This document shows, piece after piece, positions 12,341 through 25,484 of a DNA stretch of 64,000 bases. Each line of letters starts with the position of its first letter. Within the stretch, counting starts at the first letter, position 1. The notes below the pieces were generated by a model. That model searched no databases and was not told the DNA's origin. It worked only from the letters and a program-made list of their open reading frames with translations. The DNA comes from Blasia pusilla (lineage: Eukaryota). The stretch covers positions 39,308,001 through 39,372,000 of the forward strand of contig CM114271.1 in assembly GCA_050084515.1 (NCBI GenBank), given 5' to 3'. A program made the translations under genes and the position numbers.

Positions 12341-15300
12341 CTATGTACATCTGGGATATATCTATCGTCCCTCATGAAACCTAGTGAGAGGTGGCGTCAG
12401 ACATGCCATATGCCATCCTCTCGAACACCCATGACAAACTAGCATAGTGGCTGCACCACGGGCTGAACCACACAACATACACCGCAAGCTTATAGGAACT
12501 ACAATTAAGCTTGGATCAACTGTATCGTCCATGTTCAGAAGATGACATGGCGCACAGTTACGCACATGGTCCTTCCAAACCATATCATCGCGTCCCTCCA
12601 ATAAGAGAACACCGGATGCCAAAACCTCATGCACTCTCAAGATGGTGCGCCCTGCAGTCACATGCAATGTCGTGGGTGCCGTCAGGTACAAGTAGACATA
12701 GTCTTCTTGATGAAACCTCCGGATAGTAGGTCGATAACCACCTCCCCCAATAGTCGCATACCTCAACGTATCCCGATGATGCGCAATCGCCAAGTTCTCA
12801 AATGCCATGGGCATCGCTCTCCGAAACAACTCAACCCTCTGAGAACATGCTTGCATCCACACATCAGGGTCATCAAGGTTCAACACCTCACCAACATCTC
12901 GACGAATGGCCGCAGGTAAATCTGGCTCTCGGCCATACAAAAGCAAGTACGGTGAGAAAGACGCAAAGGATGCATGTCTGCTGAATCTGTATCCCATCGC
13001 CAACCATGGCAACTGAAGATCCCAATCTCCTAGGTGACCTCTCTGCAAGCCATACTTGCGTAATCCTCTCTTCACCGTCTGCACAACCCTCCCCGATAGT
13101 CCATCCGCCTCAGGATGATCTCGCGAAGTGGTGGGGTGGTCGATCAATGCCTGATCACACAAGGCCTGAAACTCCCCGCAAAACTCTGTATCCTGGTTTG
13201 TCAACACCTCAGCTAGTGCGCCGTAATGACTCAGCACTCGATCTAGGAAGGCATACACTAGGAATGCAACCAACTCTATCCACTCCGAGAAGTACTCAAC
13301 CATCACCAACACATAACGACTACGGCGCTCCGTCAAAGGTAAAGGTCCTGCAAAATCCAAACTCCATCTATAACCTAAACACATGATCGGAAGTGGATAC
13401 AACTGTGGAGTTGGAACATTGAACGATGTCCGATCTCGATCACACACCATGCACCTGACAAAAAACTATTGAACGTCAGTATGCATGCCTCGCCACCAAT
13501 ACTGTATCTGGAGCAAGTTGTAAGTTTGCTTCACTCCAAAATGACCCAACTCCTCGTGGGCATGACGCATCAAACGTGCTCTCCGTAAAGGATGAGGCAC
13601 TACACGCACTCTACCATCCTCCCAAACTCGCAACACATGTGTCCCCTCCCACTGGAATCGTCTGGCTCGCGGTAGGATGCTATCCCGCTCTCTAGCACCC
13701 ACTGTGCCCGCAACGGTGCCAGTACGCAGGTACTCCAAGACCACTCCATCTTCGTGAATGTCTCGGCCATCCGTTGTCTCCTCACCGGCCTCTGGATCTA
13801 AGGACTCTCCATCAAACCTTGCCATCGAAGTCTCAGCAATCTGGCTCTCCATAGCCAACAAGCCCAAATAGGCAGACGCGTGCCATCCTGGCACCAACTC
13901 CTCGTTACTCTCCCCATGCCAACGAGCTCCAATCACATCTCGCTGACTTGGGCATGGGTTACGGCTCAAACCATCTACATCCTGGTTGACCACTTGGAAG
14001 TCATACTCCTGCAACAAAAGAGCCCACCTCGCAAGCTTCCCTATAAGATTGTCGGATTCCATCAACCTCTTAAGTGGCTGATGATCAGTAATGATGGTAA
14101 AGGGGTTGTTGAATAAATAACACCTTAAATGAGCGACAGCCCACACCGTAACCTAGCACTCACCCTCATACGAGCTATACTTTGCCTCTGCAGCATTGTT
14201 CAAGCGACTAGCGTAAGCCACCACGAACTCTCTACCATCATCGTCATGTTGGGTAAGCACGGCTTCAAGCCCCAACATGCCCCAATCTGTATGCAACTGG
14301 AAAGGACGCCCCGTGATCGGTCTCTTGAATATGGGCATGGACATCAATTTGTCCTTGAGCAGGTGAAATGCTCTCTCCTACTCATCCACCCAGTGCCACT
14401 CCTGATCCACCTTGGTCAACAAGGTTAGCGGCTTCACAATCAAACTGAAACCCTTGACGTACCGTCGATAGAAGTTCGCCAATCCCATGAATGCAAAAAC
14501 TTGACTCACATCTATAGGAAATGGAATACGTGAAATACCCTCTACCTTCATCTGCTGCACAGCAAGGCCCCCTCGGTATATCGTATGACCCAAGTACTCA
14601 ATCTGGTTGTAGAAGAACTTGCACTTGCCTGGATGTAGCTTCATCCCATGTAACTGCAATCATCAAAATACCTCCTCTAGATGCCGCTCATGCTCCTCAT
14701 CCGTGGCGCTGAAGACTATGATGTCATCAATATAACACCTAGCAAAGTCTAGACGTGCCAAGATCCTATCCATGACCCTCTGAAACTGAGCCGGGCATTT
14801 TTTCACCCGAATGGTAAGAATCGCCATTGGTACAAACAATCCTTCTCGTGAGGATTGATGCCCTAAAATGCCATCTTCTGCCTGTCCTCAAATCTCATAG
14901 GCAGTTGATGGTATCCGACTCCCAAATCCAATGAACTGAAGACATTTGCATGCCCAATCGCATCAAAGATCTCCTCAGGGATGGGCATGGCATACCTATC
15001 AAACTTCGTCTGCCAATTGATAGGTCGGTAATCTCCACACATCCGCCTATCCGTCCAGTTGCCATGCACATCCTTCTTGGCGGGCATGACTGTGGCAGAT
15101 GCATACTCTCCATGCGATATCTCCACTTGTCCTGCTCCAACCAAATCCTGGCTCCTAATCTTAATCAAAGCCCTCTCCATGTCACTGTACTTGTAGGATC
15201 GTCGGAAGATCGGCGTGTCACTTGACAACCTAATGCGGATCCCTTGACCCTTCAGCGTATCCAAACCATGGATACTAAATGCAAGACATCTCCTATAACT

Positions 15301-17184
15301 CCTAAGGAATTGGTGTATCCGGCGCCGCTCTCCTCTTGTCAACTTAGGGCCCATATCTGGCTCCCAAGTCTCCATCGTGACTATGGTAGGACTCTCCGGC
15401 GCGGATGTAGGTGGTTGCTATGATGCAACCCGGTCTCGGACAACAAAACTCTCATCTCCACGTGCAATACCCGGAACCACGCTCGATGCTGTGGCTACCA
15501 TCTCCTAGCATACATGCAAAACATCCCAAGAAATCCAAGGATGTCTCCCCCAATCACCCATGGTGTGTCGATCTCCTCGGATCTCGCCCCCAGCCACTGC
15601 CTCAACCGTCTTGGTAGGCATGGGGCTTACCAACGCAACAGCTGTGATCTCTCGCATCCGCAAACGACGCTGCTCAGCGACTCTTAAGCTGAAAGTCCAT
15701 GTTAAGCAATTGAGGTCCATCTCCTGACCCAAGACATAATGTCGTGATGCCTCTGATAGTGACGATATTGCTGTCACTCTTGTGGGGAATCCCATCGCTC
15801 GCTCTCACTCATCGGCGTTGGGCTCCACCAACCTCTATACCTGGTCATCCCAAACCAAGCCAGGTCCGGCCTCCTTGAATGCATAAGAAGCAGGAAAACT
15901 CACCAATGTGGGAAAGGCTGCCTGTGGCATGCCAATCTTGTTGACCACAATCAACGGCGGTTGATCATCATGCCTCATTGCTTATGATCGACGACCTGGA
16001 TCCAGAATAGAATCCACCAACAAATCGGAGGGGCACTCCACTATGGCATACGCCCTCCGTCATACAATGGGTGTGGTATACAAGGGCGTCATCATAGCAC
16101 TCTCGGCTACCCCGGGTTCCTCTGACCCATCACGCTTTGGTGGAAATGTCTTGCTCCACGCAGTCTGCACATGCTCAGTGGCTAAGCGTAGAAGCTCCTC
16201 AGTCGAGCCCCAAAGCAGCACCTCCCCTCCACAGACTGATCCGGCGACCATGACACTCCTCTCCATAGAAATGTCAAGAACGGGAGTGTCCTCTGCATGG
16301 ACATGTCCCTCAATCAAATCACTAGGCCGTGTGATGGCGTTGCTAAATGCTGCTAAGGTTGCCATCTCTCCTGGCCGTCGCTCCATCACTGCATCGGTAA
16401 ATCGAACGGGTAATGAGCTAAGGCGCCCATCAGCTGACTCCCATCATGGTCTGTAGAATGTTGACTCCTCCTAGTAATCCAGGGAAAACCCCATCGGGTA
16501 CAACACTGCTCCACCAACCAAGACGTCGTAGGACTCTGCATGAGTCACTATCGCCTTCGCTCGCACCACGGACTCATCTCTAGGGTGTCCGGGGCGAATC
16601 CTCACCACGACCTCCTATCGGGTGATATACTGTGTGGTACTCACTCCACCCAAGGATGTCTGTATCCGGAATGAACAACGCTCCACGTCGGCTCTCCTCA
16701 AGCCCAATCCTCTAAATGAAGCTTTCCCCAACATTAGGGGTTGCGCTCCTGAATCCAACAAGACGCGCTGCGGACTAAAATCTCTATCTCTTGGACTCAC
16801 CAACTGGAAGACCTCTCCCCAATTATCCAGCAAAACAACACCAGGAGAAGCCATGGCACGCTCTATTGCGGATCTAGCGGGCATCTCTGCCATCCTAGCA
16901 GCCGCAACCTGCCATGAATCTGACGTGGACGGCCCGACCATCCGCTCCAAGGGCAGGTCCATCACCTCCTTTGCAATCACCTTTGAATGTGATGCAGGAC
17001 CTCCAACTCCACATAGCGTAGCAGCCAGCCAGAAAACCTCGACAGGCGTACCTCTCAAAGTCATAACATCGGAAGCAAAAAATAAAAGAGCGTAGTACAC
17101 AATAGTCGTCGCCCCCAACAACATGCTCAACACATGCTCCTCTTGAGCATCAGCAATAGGAGTCTTCAAACTTGCTTCTCCCAT
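12341..17184 (-). pseudogene. gypsy pol (PR-RT-RNaseH-integrase-PHD), disrupted
   Basis: ORF fragments 16615-17184, 14863-15375, 14378-14659, 14153-14347, 13466-14146, 12362-13450 carry consecutive pol motifs separated by stops or frameshifts. Confidence 0.9.
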
Positions 17185-17670
17185 CGCCCTCCGTGCCTAC
17201 ACACCAACAACATCACCAACTCTCAGAGAACTCTGATCAGAACCCATCGATGGGGTCCTCATTGTCTCGGACAACGTGAAGGATTGAGGAAGCCTGGTCT
17301 GTTTTCTGGATTCCCCTCGTTGCGGATCCAACTCTGCAGTTGCTCCACACATAACAACCGCGGCGACCTCCATTTGAGCAACCCTGCACATCCAACCAGG
17401 ATCCTCCATATCTCTGGCGGCTCCATAAGACGTTGATGCCACGGATCTGGCATCGGGTAATCTCAATGCCATAGTGGCAATCTGCTATTGTAGCTACTGT
17501 ATTTGAGTAGCCATCCCAGCCTCACGCCCAACGTCTCCCTCGAAGCGTCTAGGTGGTGGGACTCTACCTCCTCCACGGACAACTCCACCACCCCCTTGGG
17601 CGAATGCAACTCCTCGTTTCCCAACAGGACCACTTGGTGCACGACCTCTAGGCCCGCCTAGACCGGCAAC

Positions 17671-18836
17671 TCACTCTAGTGCCCTCTCTAGCCCTCGGTC
17701 TGGACGTAACTCAAGGTGCAAGCTGAAACACCTAGCGCGTATGTGACCGTACCTCTGACAAGAGTCACACTGATAACCTCTTGGTGCAGCACCATCTCCT
17801 CCTCCATGCTGAGGCACGCGATCCTTAACGAGTGCAATGACGTTGATGATGGGCTCCACCACATGACCAACAAGTAATTGGAGGCGGCTGTTGCTGAGCC
17901 GTATATGAAGGCGCAGGTCTCTGTGGCACCGCCTCCCAGTATCCTCCCTGAGCTCGTGGTGCCACAGACTTATCTCGGAATCCACGATGCTGCACTGGTG
18001 GTGCAGGCAATCGTGACTACTCTCACCCATACATAACCCATGGTGGCTACGATCTCCTCCACCATGTTGCGCTCAAATGTTCTTAGCAGTCCTAAAAACA
18101 TCTCTCAATGTATGGGAGGTTTTCATAAGAAGCACCCCCTCCCGCACCCGTGCCCGCAAGGTCCGGTCCAGCATCGCGTACCATGAGTGGATAGCTTGAG
18201 ACTTTGTCACCCCCTGAGTGACGTTAATCAACAGGCGCAAGCGGGTGTAGGCCTCACGCAAACTCTCACCCGTCTGCCTCTGGAAGTCGTGGATGCTCTG
18301 CAACTTCTCCGTCCGCACCCCTTAGTAGCTCGCCCTCAACTCAACGAAGAACTCAACCACGAGGTTGAACCTAGGATGAACTCGACTGGACGATGCAACT
18401 GCTCTAGTGCAAGTCACCCCTCCAACAACATCACTGGTGGAGGAACCCTCTCCTGACTCCTCCTCATCTGGAAATGGCTTAGTCCATAACACATAGTGTG
18501 GGTCATAGTAGAGTCTCCAGGCCTCAATCTCATGGGCATATCTTTGCGAGAACTCATGGTAATCGTCCATGGGTGCCCCCTCTAAATGCTGGATCATTCC
18601 GTTCCATGTTGTAAACAGGTTGAACTCTCTGGAGTTCCTAGCCCGTTGTGAGTCACACCAACTCCTAAACTCCGAATGAAGTCGTGTAACTCTATAGTGC
18701 CTATAGCACCTGAAAACCTCCGCGGTCCTTTACCCCGGTCGTCCATCTCGCACGCCCAACTAGTAGGACCACTCAATGTGAGCGGTGGATCACTAGCACA
18801 CTCCTCTACACTCTCCCCCTCGTCTGAAGATGACAC
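17671..18836 (-). pseudogene. gypsy gag, disrupted
   Basis: FQRQTGESLREAYTRL (retrotransposon gag-like motif) in 18073-18318 and two zinc knuckles in 17671-18030; homologous to 60480-60710. Confidence 0.8.
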
Positions 18837-19754
18837 ATAAGGAGATTGAAGTGGTCTCTCACGTGGAGACTCTCGAAACCTCGCACCACTCCGGGTAAAC
18901 CCTCTAGAGCTACTCTCAGGTCCACCACCTCCCCTCTCAAAGTCCCGAAAGGACGCCCTGATGACCCTCGTGCCCCTCTCACATGATCACTCTCAATCTC
19001 GCCAGTATTCACTCAATCACTCAATCCAACATGCGGCACTCAATCTACACTCTCTCACTAAGACGTGTGCTATGCGGCAACAAGCGGCGTGGTGCGGAAA
19101 ATCGTCTATTGTCCTATCATCTCATCGACAGGACACACCCTCAACTCTGGACATCCCACACAAGTCTATGTCCCCTAAGCCCATACATCAATGATGCTCT
19201 CAGCATCCGCACAAAACCCAATATCCCCAAATAACTGCCCAATACGCGGAATTCCTTAACATGATAAGGCAAAAGACCAGAATGGGTAACCTGAACAAAT
19301 GTCAATCGCTCCTCAGCATATGCAAACCTCGACCCCAACTCGGTCGCGAAGATAAACTCCTCCAAGCAGCAAGTCTTACTCCTCTGGTACTGATGATGCT
19401 CAAATCTCCTCAATGTGCGGTGCAGGTCCAGCGGTACGGTGCAGTACTAGCGGCATAGGACGGCTATAAACGGCATGGCACTCGAGAATGGGGTGCGACA
19501 CTCAGCGGCATACCCTCCTCAATAGCAATACACTCTGCTCCCAATGATGGTACGGCTCCGTGATCGAGACAGTGCGGTGCGGCCACGAGCGGCACGGCCC
19601 GGCAATCAACGGCACGTTGCGGCTACGGACGTCACGGTACGGTACTCGATCGTCATCGAGCGGCTACCAATCATGAAATAGCAAAGCAGAAAGAAAACTC
19701 CGGCACCATCAATCCAAAAAGGTAACTTGACCTCCGAAATAGTGCTCACAAATG

Positions 19755-21130
19755 GTCGATGCACAGCGGTCAATGTTGTGATGGTGACTAATAGCCGTCA
19801 ACAATCCGACGGTGACAGACTGGCTGACCGACGGCGCAGTGCTGGATGGACGGTGCGGGGTGACCCGGACAGAGCAGAAGGCGCGGACAGTGCAGCAGGC
19901 GTGGTCGGTCGGGCTGGGTCGCGGTAGTAGCTCTTCAACAACCGCAGCGCGGTAGCTGCCGTCAAGCGCCAGACCTCCAGGTGGCCGGTCAGCAGGGGCG
20001 CAGTAGTCAAGGAGGTGACATGTGAGCATAGGTTACCGAGGAGAGAGCTTGGAAGAGGGAAGGGGATATACCTCGAAGAGAGAGAGCGTGAGAGCTCATT
20101 ATCTCTTTGTTGAACCTCTCGACACGAGGCGGCGGAGCTATGGTCCCTTGCCTTGTGAGTGTAACCCAAGCCTTTCATTAGGAGAGTGGGTTTGGTTTGA
20201 CATTGAGAGAAACATGTGAGAGTGCTCATATTTGAGAGCTATGGTGTTGAGAGAGATTGGAGCGCATTTTACAAAGAGAAAATGAGTGAGTGAGAGAGCT
20301 TTATGGGGGAGGTCGCTGGTTTTGCAGGTTGGGATCGTATTCCCCGGTCAATGGTTCATGGGAGTGCTCACGAGAGCAAGAGCCGCTTACTTTTGACGGT
20401 CGGCTGCCCGTCAGTGCCGAGCATAGCAGCTCGACCGTGGTAGAGCAATTTGACTGCAGCACCCACAGACGGCGGCGGTTGGATCCGAGAGCAGATGCTC
20501 GGCGGCACAAGAAGGCAAAGGCAGCAAGCTACGGGGTCGGCGTCCCGGCGACGGCAGGCACCATGCCATAGAGTCGCGGCAAGAGCACGGCAGGGCGGCA
20601 TCAACCCGCGGTTGACGGCAGGTGGCATCAACGGCGACTGCAACGGACAAGACTGGGTCGGCGGCAGTCTAAGCGGGGTCGACGATGTAGTACAACCGGG
20701 TGGGCATGGCGACTGGCGGTCGCGGTTGGTATTGTGCAACTGCGCGGCAGCTTCACTCGTGGCAAGGCTGGTATAGGGCCGCAATGACGGCGAGGGCGCT
20801 GCTGCGGTAGCGGCCACGGCGCTAAGTCGGCGCGCTAGCCGACGTCGTTACACCCCCTAAAATCCGGTTGAGTCAGTAACGGCGTCTGGGCTACGTCGGA
20901 GGAAATAGCTGCGGGCACGGCAGCAGCTCTGTCGGCGGCTGTGGGCGTGGCAGATCCGGCGACTGCGGCAGCCCAGTAATCATGGTCCGTCAGTTTAACG
21001 GGCGGACGGACGCATCAGGGTCGGCGGGAGCACCGTCGTAGGAACAGTTGACCACGGTCATACAGCCCACGGCGCGGTGTAGACAGATGGCGCGTGGTAG
21101 GGCGCCTTAGCTAAAGTGACCCCCTACAAA
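19755..21130 (+). repeat. Inverted, GC-rich copy of the gypsy LTR plus 5' leader inside copy 1
   Basis: 20009-20395 is a close reverse complement of 11571-11783 and 21795-21890; the flanks stay colinear with LTR and leader sequence but are heavily substituted and GC-rich. Confidence 0.7.
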
Positions 21131-21544
21131 TCCGGGACAGGCCTATTTTGATTAACTTGATTGCCCCCTTCTGACATTGCTGCAGTTTGAGTGCTTCACC
21201 ACAACTTCCTCCTAAGATTGAGGGTCAACTCCTCTAAATTTATTTTTCATTCCACTTCTACCTCAAAGGACATGTGCCCTTGTCCTATCCACTACAATAT
21301 CAATCATTTTATTTTTCTCTACCACTCAAGAAATTACCAAGGATTTGCAATTTCTCTCACACCTTGGAACGGTGGCTATGGCAGCCCAACAAAAATGATC
21401 ATAACTCCGTGCACCAATCTCCAAATCATGCACTCTTTCTTCAGTAGCATACACGACTTCTAGATCTACAACCGTGTCAAAACGGTTTCTCCATGTGATT
21501 TTTCACCAAAAACTCACAGGGATTGTCGTGCCGCCCAACGTCTC

Positions 21545-21602
21545 TTTCTCCTACGCAAAATTTTGCAGCGCGGAAGCGCTGCAAAATTTTGCGTAGGAGA
21601 AA
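21545..21602. repeat. Perfect inverted repeat, 27-bp arms with a 4-nt loop
   Basis: tttctcctacgcaaaattttgcagcgc-ggaa-gcgctgcaaaattttgcgtaggagaaa. Confidence 0.95.
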
Positions 21603-22412
21603 AAGAAATCAGCGCCTCCACGCTGATTCCTCCCAACAGAAATGTAAAACCTGTCACCAAACAAACCAGCAAGCTACACAGTGCTCCCGAGAGCACCAGC
21701 ATGGAGCAATCCGCCCCCATATTCAATTCCTATAAAAAATTGGGTAGCGCTTCCGCGCACCACTTTTCCACATTAAAAATCAGCAAAATAAACACTGAAA
21801 GTAAGCGGCTCTTGCTCTCGTGAGTACTCCCATGAACCGTTGAACGGGGAATACGATCCCCTACCTGCAAAACCAACGAGTGACCAGCGACCCTAAACCT
21901 GCTCTCTGAGGTTTCCCAGAACCTCATAAGGTCATCCTCAACCTCATGAGCATGTTCTCCTCTACTCACGAAGGTGCTCTACCAGATCTCTCCGATCTAT
22001 CCTAAAAAGTCATGACATACGTCTTAGAAGTAGTTTTTAGTGAATTGTGAGAACAAAAATGCTCTTAGGATCAGCATCAGAAAATTCTGCAAAAATATAA
22101 AACATCAAATGAAGCATGGAAGAGTTTGACATACAACTTGACATGCCAAAACGTTGTGACTAAAATGCATCTTTTGACCTTCCATTTCGTGCTCTTACAC
22201 ATTGCTACATCGTATATATTTTTGTCACATTCACACAAATATATGCTGACAACACACACATAAGTCATGACATTCATATGAACACCATCTCATATAGAGA
22301 CCACACAATGAAAATCAGTTGGGAAACACACCACTCTTTGATACACTGAGTAACAAATGTGCAAAATCCACATTAAAATGAGGAAATCCAAGTCTTATTC
22401 AAGGATGACCAC

Positions 22413-22617
22413 TATCACTTCTTTTAGGAAGGATCAACGAGTATCCATAGGATGCTTCCGAGGAGATTGGAGGACATCCTCAAGAGGTCGAGGATGACTT
22501 GTTGAGACCCTAGGTAACATAAGAGAGTAGGTTTTTCCTTTATTTTGGCTCATTTGGAGTTATGTCAAGAAACCTACTATTTTGAGTAAATTCCTATCAA
22601 TAACTCTTTAGGAAGTG
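22413..22617 (+). repeat. 5' part of a gypsy-family LTR, opposite orientation to copy 1
   Basis: caagaggtcgaggatgacttg..gagagtaggtttttcctt..gaaacctactattttgagtaaatt..ggaagtg matches the reverse complement of about 11815-12035. Confidence 0.8.
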
Positions 22618-24099
22618 CGAGAGTACACGGTCTATGCACTACTTTCACAACTATCCAAACTGGTGGAATCTATTTCTTCGTCATGTGTGGTTTGCCACTC
22701 ATCTGTAGGCTCCTCCATGTCTCCAAAGACTTGGTTGATCCGATATGGTTGTTTCACTAGCTTGTTTCCAATCAAGTCATGTGGAGTACTTTCTACCAAG
22801 TGCCCCAATTCAATGGATTCTTTGACAGAGTTGTAATGAAGTACATATAGACCTTGAGATGAGACCCACAAATGAATCAATGTCTTTCCATGATATCTAC
22901 AAGCTTTGGAAAAGGATCGACAAATCAAGTGGGTGGTATTCCTATCCACCATGTCATCCACATGCCCACCACATACTAGAATTTTTCTCTTCATCCATGT
23001 CAACCCTCCATTCAGATATATTGTCAGGGACAAATACTACCCTCAGCTGACCAAACATGGTTGGATATGGAGTGGGTGACGGACTAGTTGGGAGTGGTTT
23101 AGGGTTCTACCTTCCCTCACATTCTTCCAATACAATTTCTTTTCCCTCAAAACAGCCACCGAGCTTGATTTACTCTAGAATAGATCATGGTTGTTAGGGT
23201 CATGCAATCTTCCATCTTGGATGGACAAGGACAACCAATCTATGTGTACATATTTAACACCCCGTTCATTCCTCTCGGAATTCAGGATGATCCATATGAA
23301 ATTCTCCAAAACTCTTACCCAATTCCTAGAAATGCCATGTGTGGCGTCATGGAGACAATCAGTCTCTCTTCCACCCAATTTCACAAAGTTTGTCTTGAGC
23401 CGACACCATTCATCATGGGGAAATTTTGGGGAGGCCATGATGCAGGCTACAATCCTTGCAAAAAGAGAGGTTGGCATCGCACCCGATGCGCATCCGGGTG
23501 AGGTCTCATGGCACATTAACACTTTAGAGACACCGCCACTTGGGAGTGGGGGAAGATCAACAATTCTCATTTTGGTATTGTGTTGCCAATGGTTTTCCAT
23601 GATGGACTACCTAGCTCTAAAGCTATACTTGCATGATTGGATATGGTAATGGATGACGAATGAATACAGAATTCCACCTGCAACCAAACATATCCTAATC
23701 AAGAGCCTAATCACAAGAGTCGTTTAGAAACCACCACGATTACATTTCATTCTTCCAAAACAAAAAAACTGCATAATGTTGATGCAAAACTTGATATTAT
23801 ATTGCTCAAGTTATTCATGAAATCAATGGCTTTATGCGTCCTTCCAAACACGAAACACTTTACAGGTTGATGGATTGGTTTTCGCAATTATGGCCATTCG
23901 ATCAAAATTTCAAAAGATTGGAACTCTCAAAATCAGAGGGTCGGTAATGACGAGTCTCTATACGAAGTCATACCACCTACCTAGTAAGCATGTTTAGAGC
24001 CTCAACCCTCTTTATATCAGAGGTGGCTACCTTACACTCTCCACTAAAATGCCTCGGAATTTTGTTCAGACACGAATCTCTCTTCCGCCTACCTGAAAA

Positions 24100-24756
24100 T
24101 CAAATCCATGAAATATGATCTCTCAAAGGAGTCTGAAGTGTCGGATCAACTTTGTGTTGGTGGCAATAGAACCACCAACTATCCTCACCACATGCAGCAT
24201 GGTCATATATAATCCGATCGCATGCATAATCCTTGCTCATAGCCTTCTTCAAGCAAGTCTAATGCCATGCAGTGGGGCACCTAAGACAATAGACCATGTC
24301 CTCCAACAACCCGTTATCATGCTTATGGCATTCTGGGCGATAATGCATGGGGCAAGACTCCACTCCCGTAGGCAAACAAGTAAAGCACAAAAACCTCACA
24401 CAAAAGGTATTTGGGCACTTTCTCACGCGAATCCCAAAATCCTTGCTCTCTACAAAACTCCCCTCTAGACCACACTTGGCACACCTGGCGATTTGCTTCA
24501 CACAATCCTGGCACAACCAGTTCCCCTTGTGGTTTGGTGGGAGGTTGACCCCTGGACAAGAGTTCTCTTTAGCCCTCGCTAATTCTGTAGTTGCGTGGAA
24601 GTGTCTGGCACAAGGCCCGTCGCAAACAACCAGGTCTTCCCTATCATCACACATTGCACAAATGTGGGTTGTCATCTGCAAAACCTGGAGTGCACTATAT
24701 GGCGCATAAGTGCTCACCTCGGGGGTTTTCTTGGCTCGGTATTTCGGGCGCGCCAT
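24100..24756 (-). pseudogene. EDM2-like triple PHD-finger module with one internal stop
   Basis: CAMCDDREDLVVCDGPCARHFH..C..WLCQDC..CAKC..RKCPNTFC..CPMHY..VYCLRCPTAWH*TCL..FYCHQHKVDPTLQTPLRDHISW follows the cysteine pattern and the C-terminal YC..H..D..L.TP.RDH motif I recall for the EDM2 PHD region. Confidence 0.75.
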
Positions 24757-25484
24757 CCTTGTGCGTTGGTTACTCCTATATTTCGAGACAAAAGACAATA
24801 AGATCACTATTAGGTGTAGAAATTCAATGGATATTGAATGTCCATGATTCAGGCAAGGAAAAAAAAAGCTTAAAAAATGGATGTCAATGGATGTGGAGGT
24901 TAGCTATAGCCTTCACGATACTCGGATTTCCAATAGTCAATCCTTTGGTACCTGTACATAGAACAAGTTAAAGTTAAGTAGCATAAGAAGAAATTGTTTC
25001 TACAGAAATCATTACTTCTTATTAATTATTTGGTTGCATACATCCCCGTAATAGGGTCTTTTATCGTCCAAGGTCAAGAGTGTACACACACCATGGCCCC
25101 TCAAAATAAGCCCAATTCCATCAATGACAAAAAATAACGGTGACTCAATCAATGATTGGAAAAAATGGATCCTCTTATTGTCTTATTGTTTACAATTACA
25201 AATGTTATCCATAGGCCATATGAAGGGCCTCAAGTTAGGCTACGGATCTGACTCGTTGCCATACTGCAGCATCACGGCATATGTTTAGGCAACATATGCA
25301 AACTTTCCCTGAAATTTTTCTACGACTTGAGCGAATGCATACTAAGTCCCCCAAGGTTACAACTTCCCAAGTATTATAATACTCAAGAATAACCTCTACC
25401 GTGTGGCCACCAATAGAACGCGCATATTCAATGATGGCTCGTGCCTTCCTAACAATGGGATGATCCTCCCCAGGGAGAACCCCC

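Larger units (their letters stand above)
11561..22017 (-). mobile_element. Degenerate Ty3/gypsy LTR retrotransposon (copy 1) with a PHD-finger integrase
   Basis: Minus-strand order gag (zinc knuckles CWSCGGAHHQRHC, CDSCQRYGHIRARC) - protease (VLLDSGA) - RT (RMCGDYRPIN, SLDLGVGYHQ, VYIDDIIVFS near 14710-14740) - RNase H (FQLHTDW, VVAYASR) - integrase (HEELGHFG..CMVC, WSLDFAGPLP). Terminal direct repeat about 11911-12035 vs 21895-22017. Many stops and frameshifts; no target-site duplication found. Confidence 0.92.

Noticed and set aside
11556-22022. Target-site duplication for gypsy copy 1
   Set aside because: The flanks (accaa or agtaa versus tacgt) do not match, so an intact single insertion cannot be claimed.
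22632-23600. Two minus-strand ORFs as a possible CACTA transposase
   Set aside because: Only a weak EGSI-like string in a stop-ridden frame; the product could not be identified.
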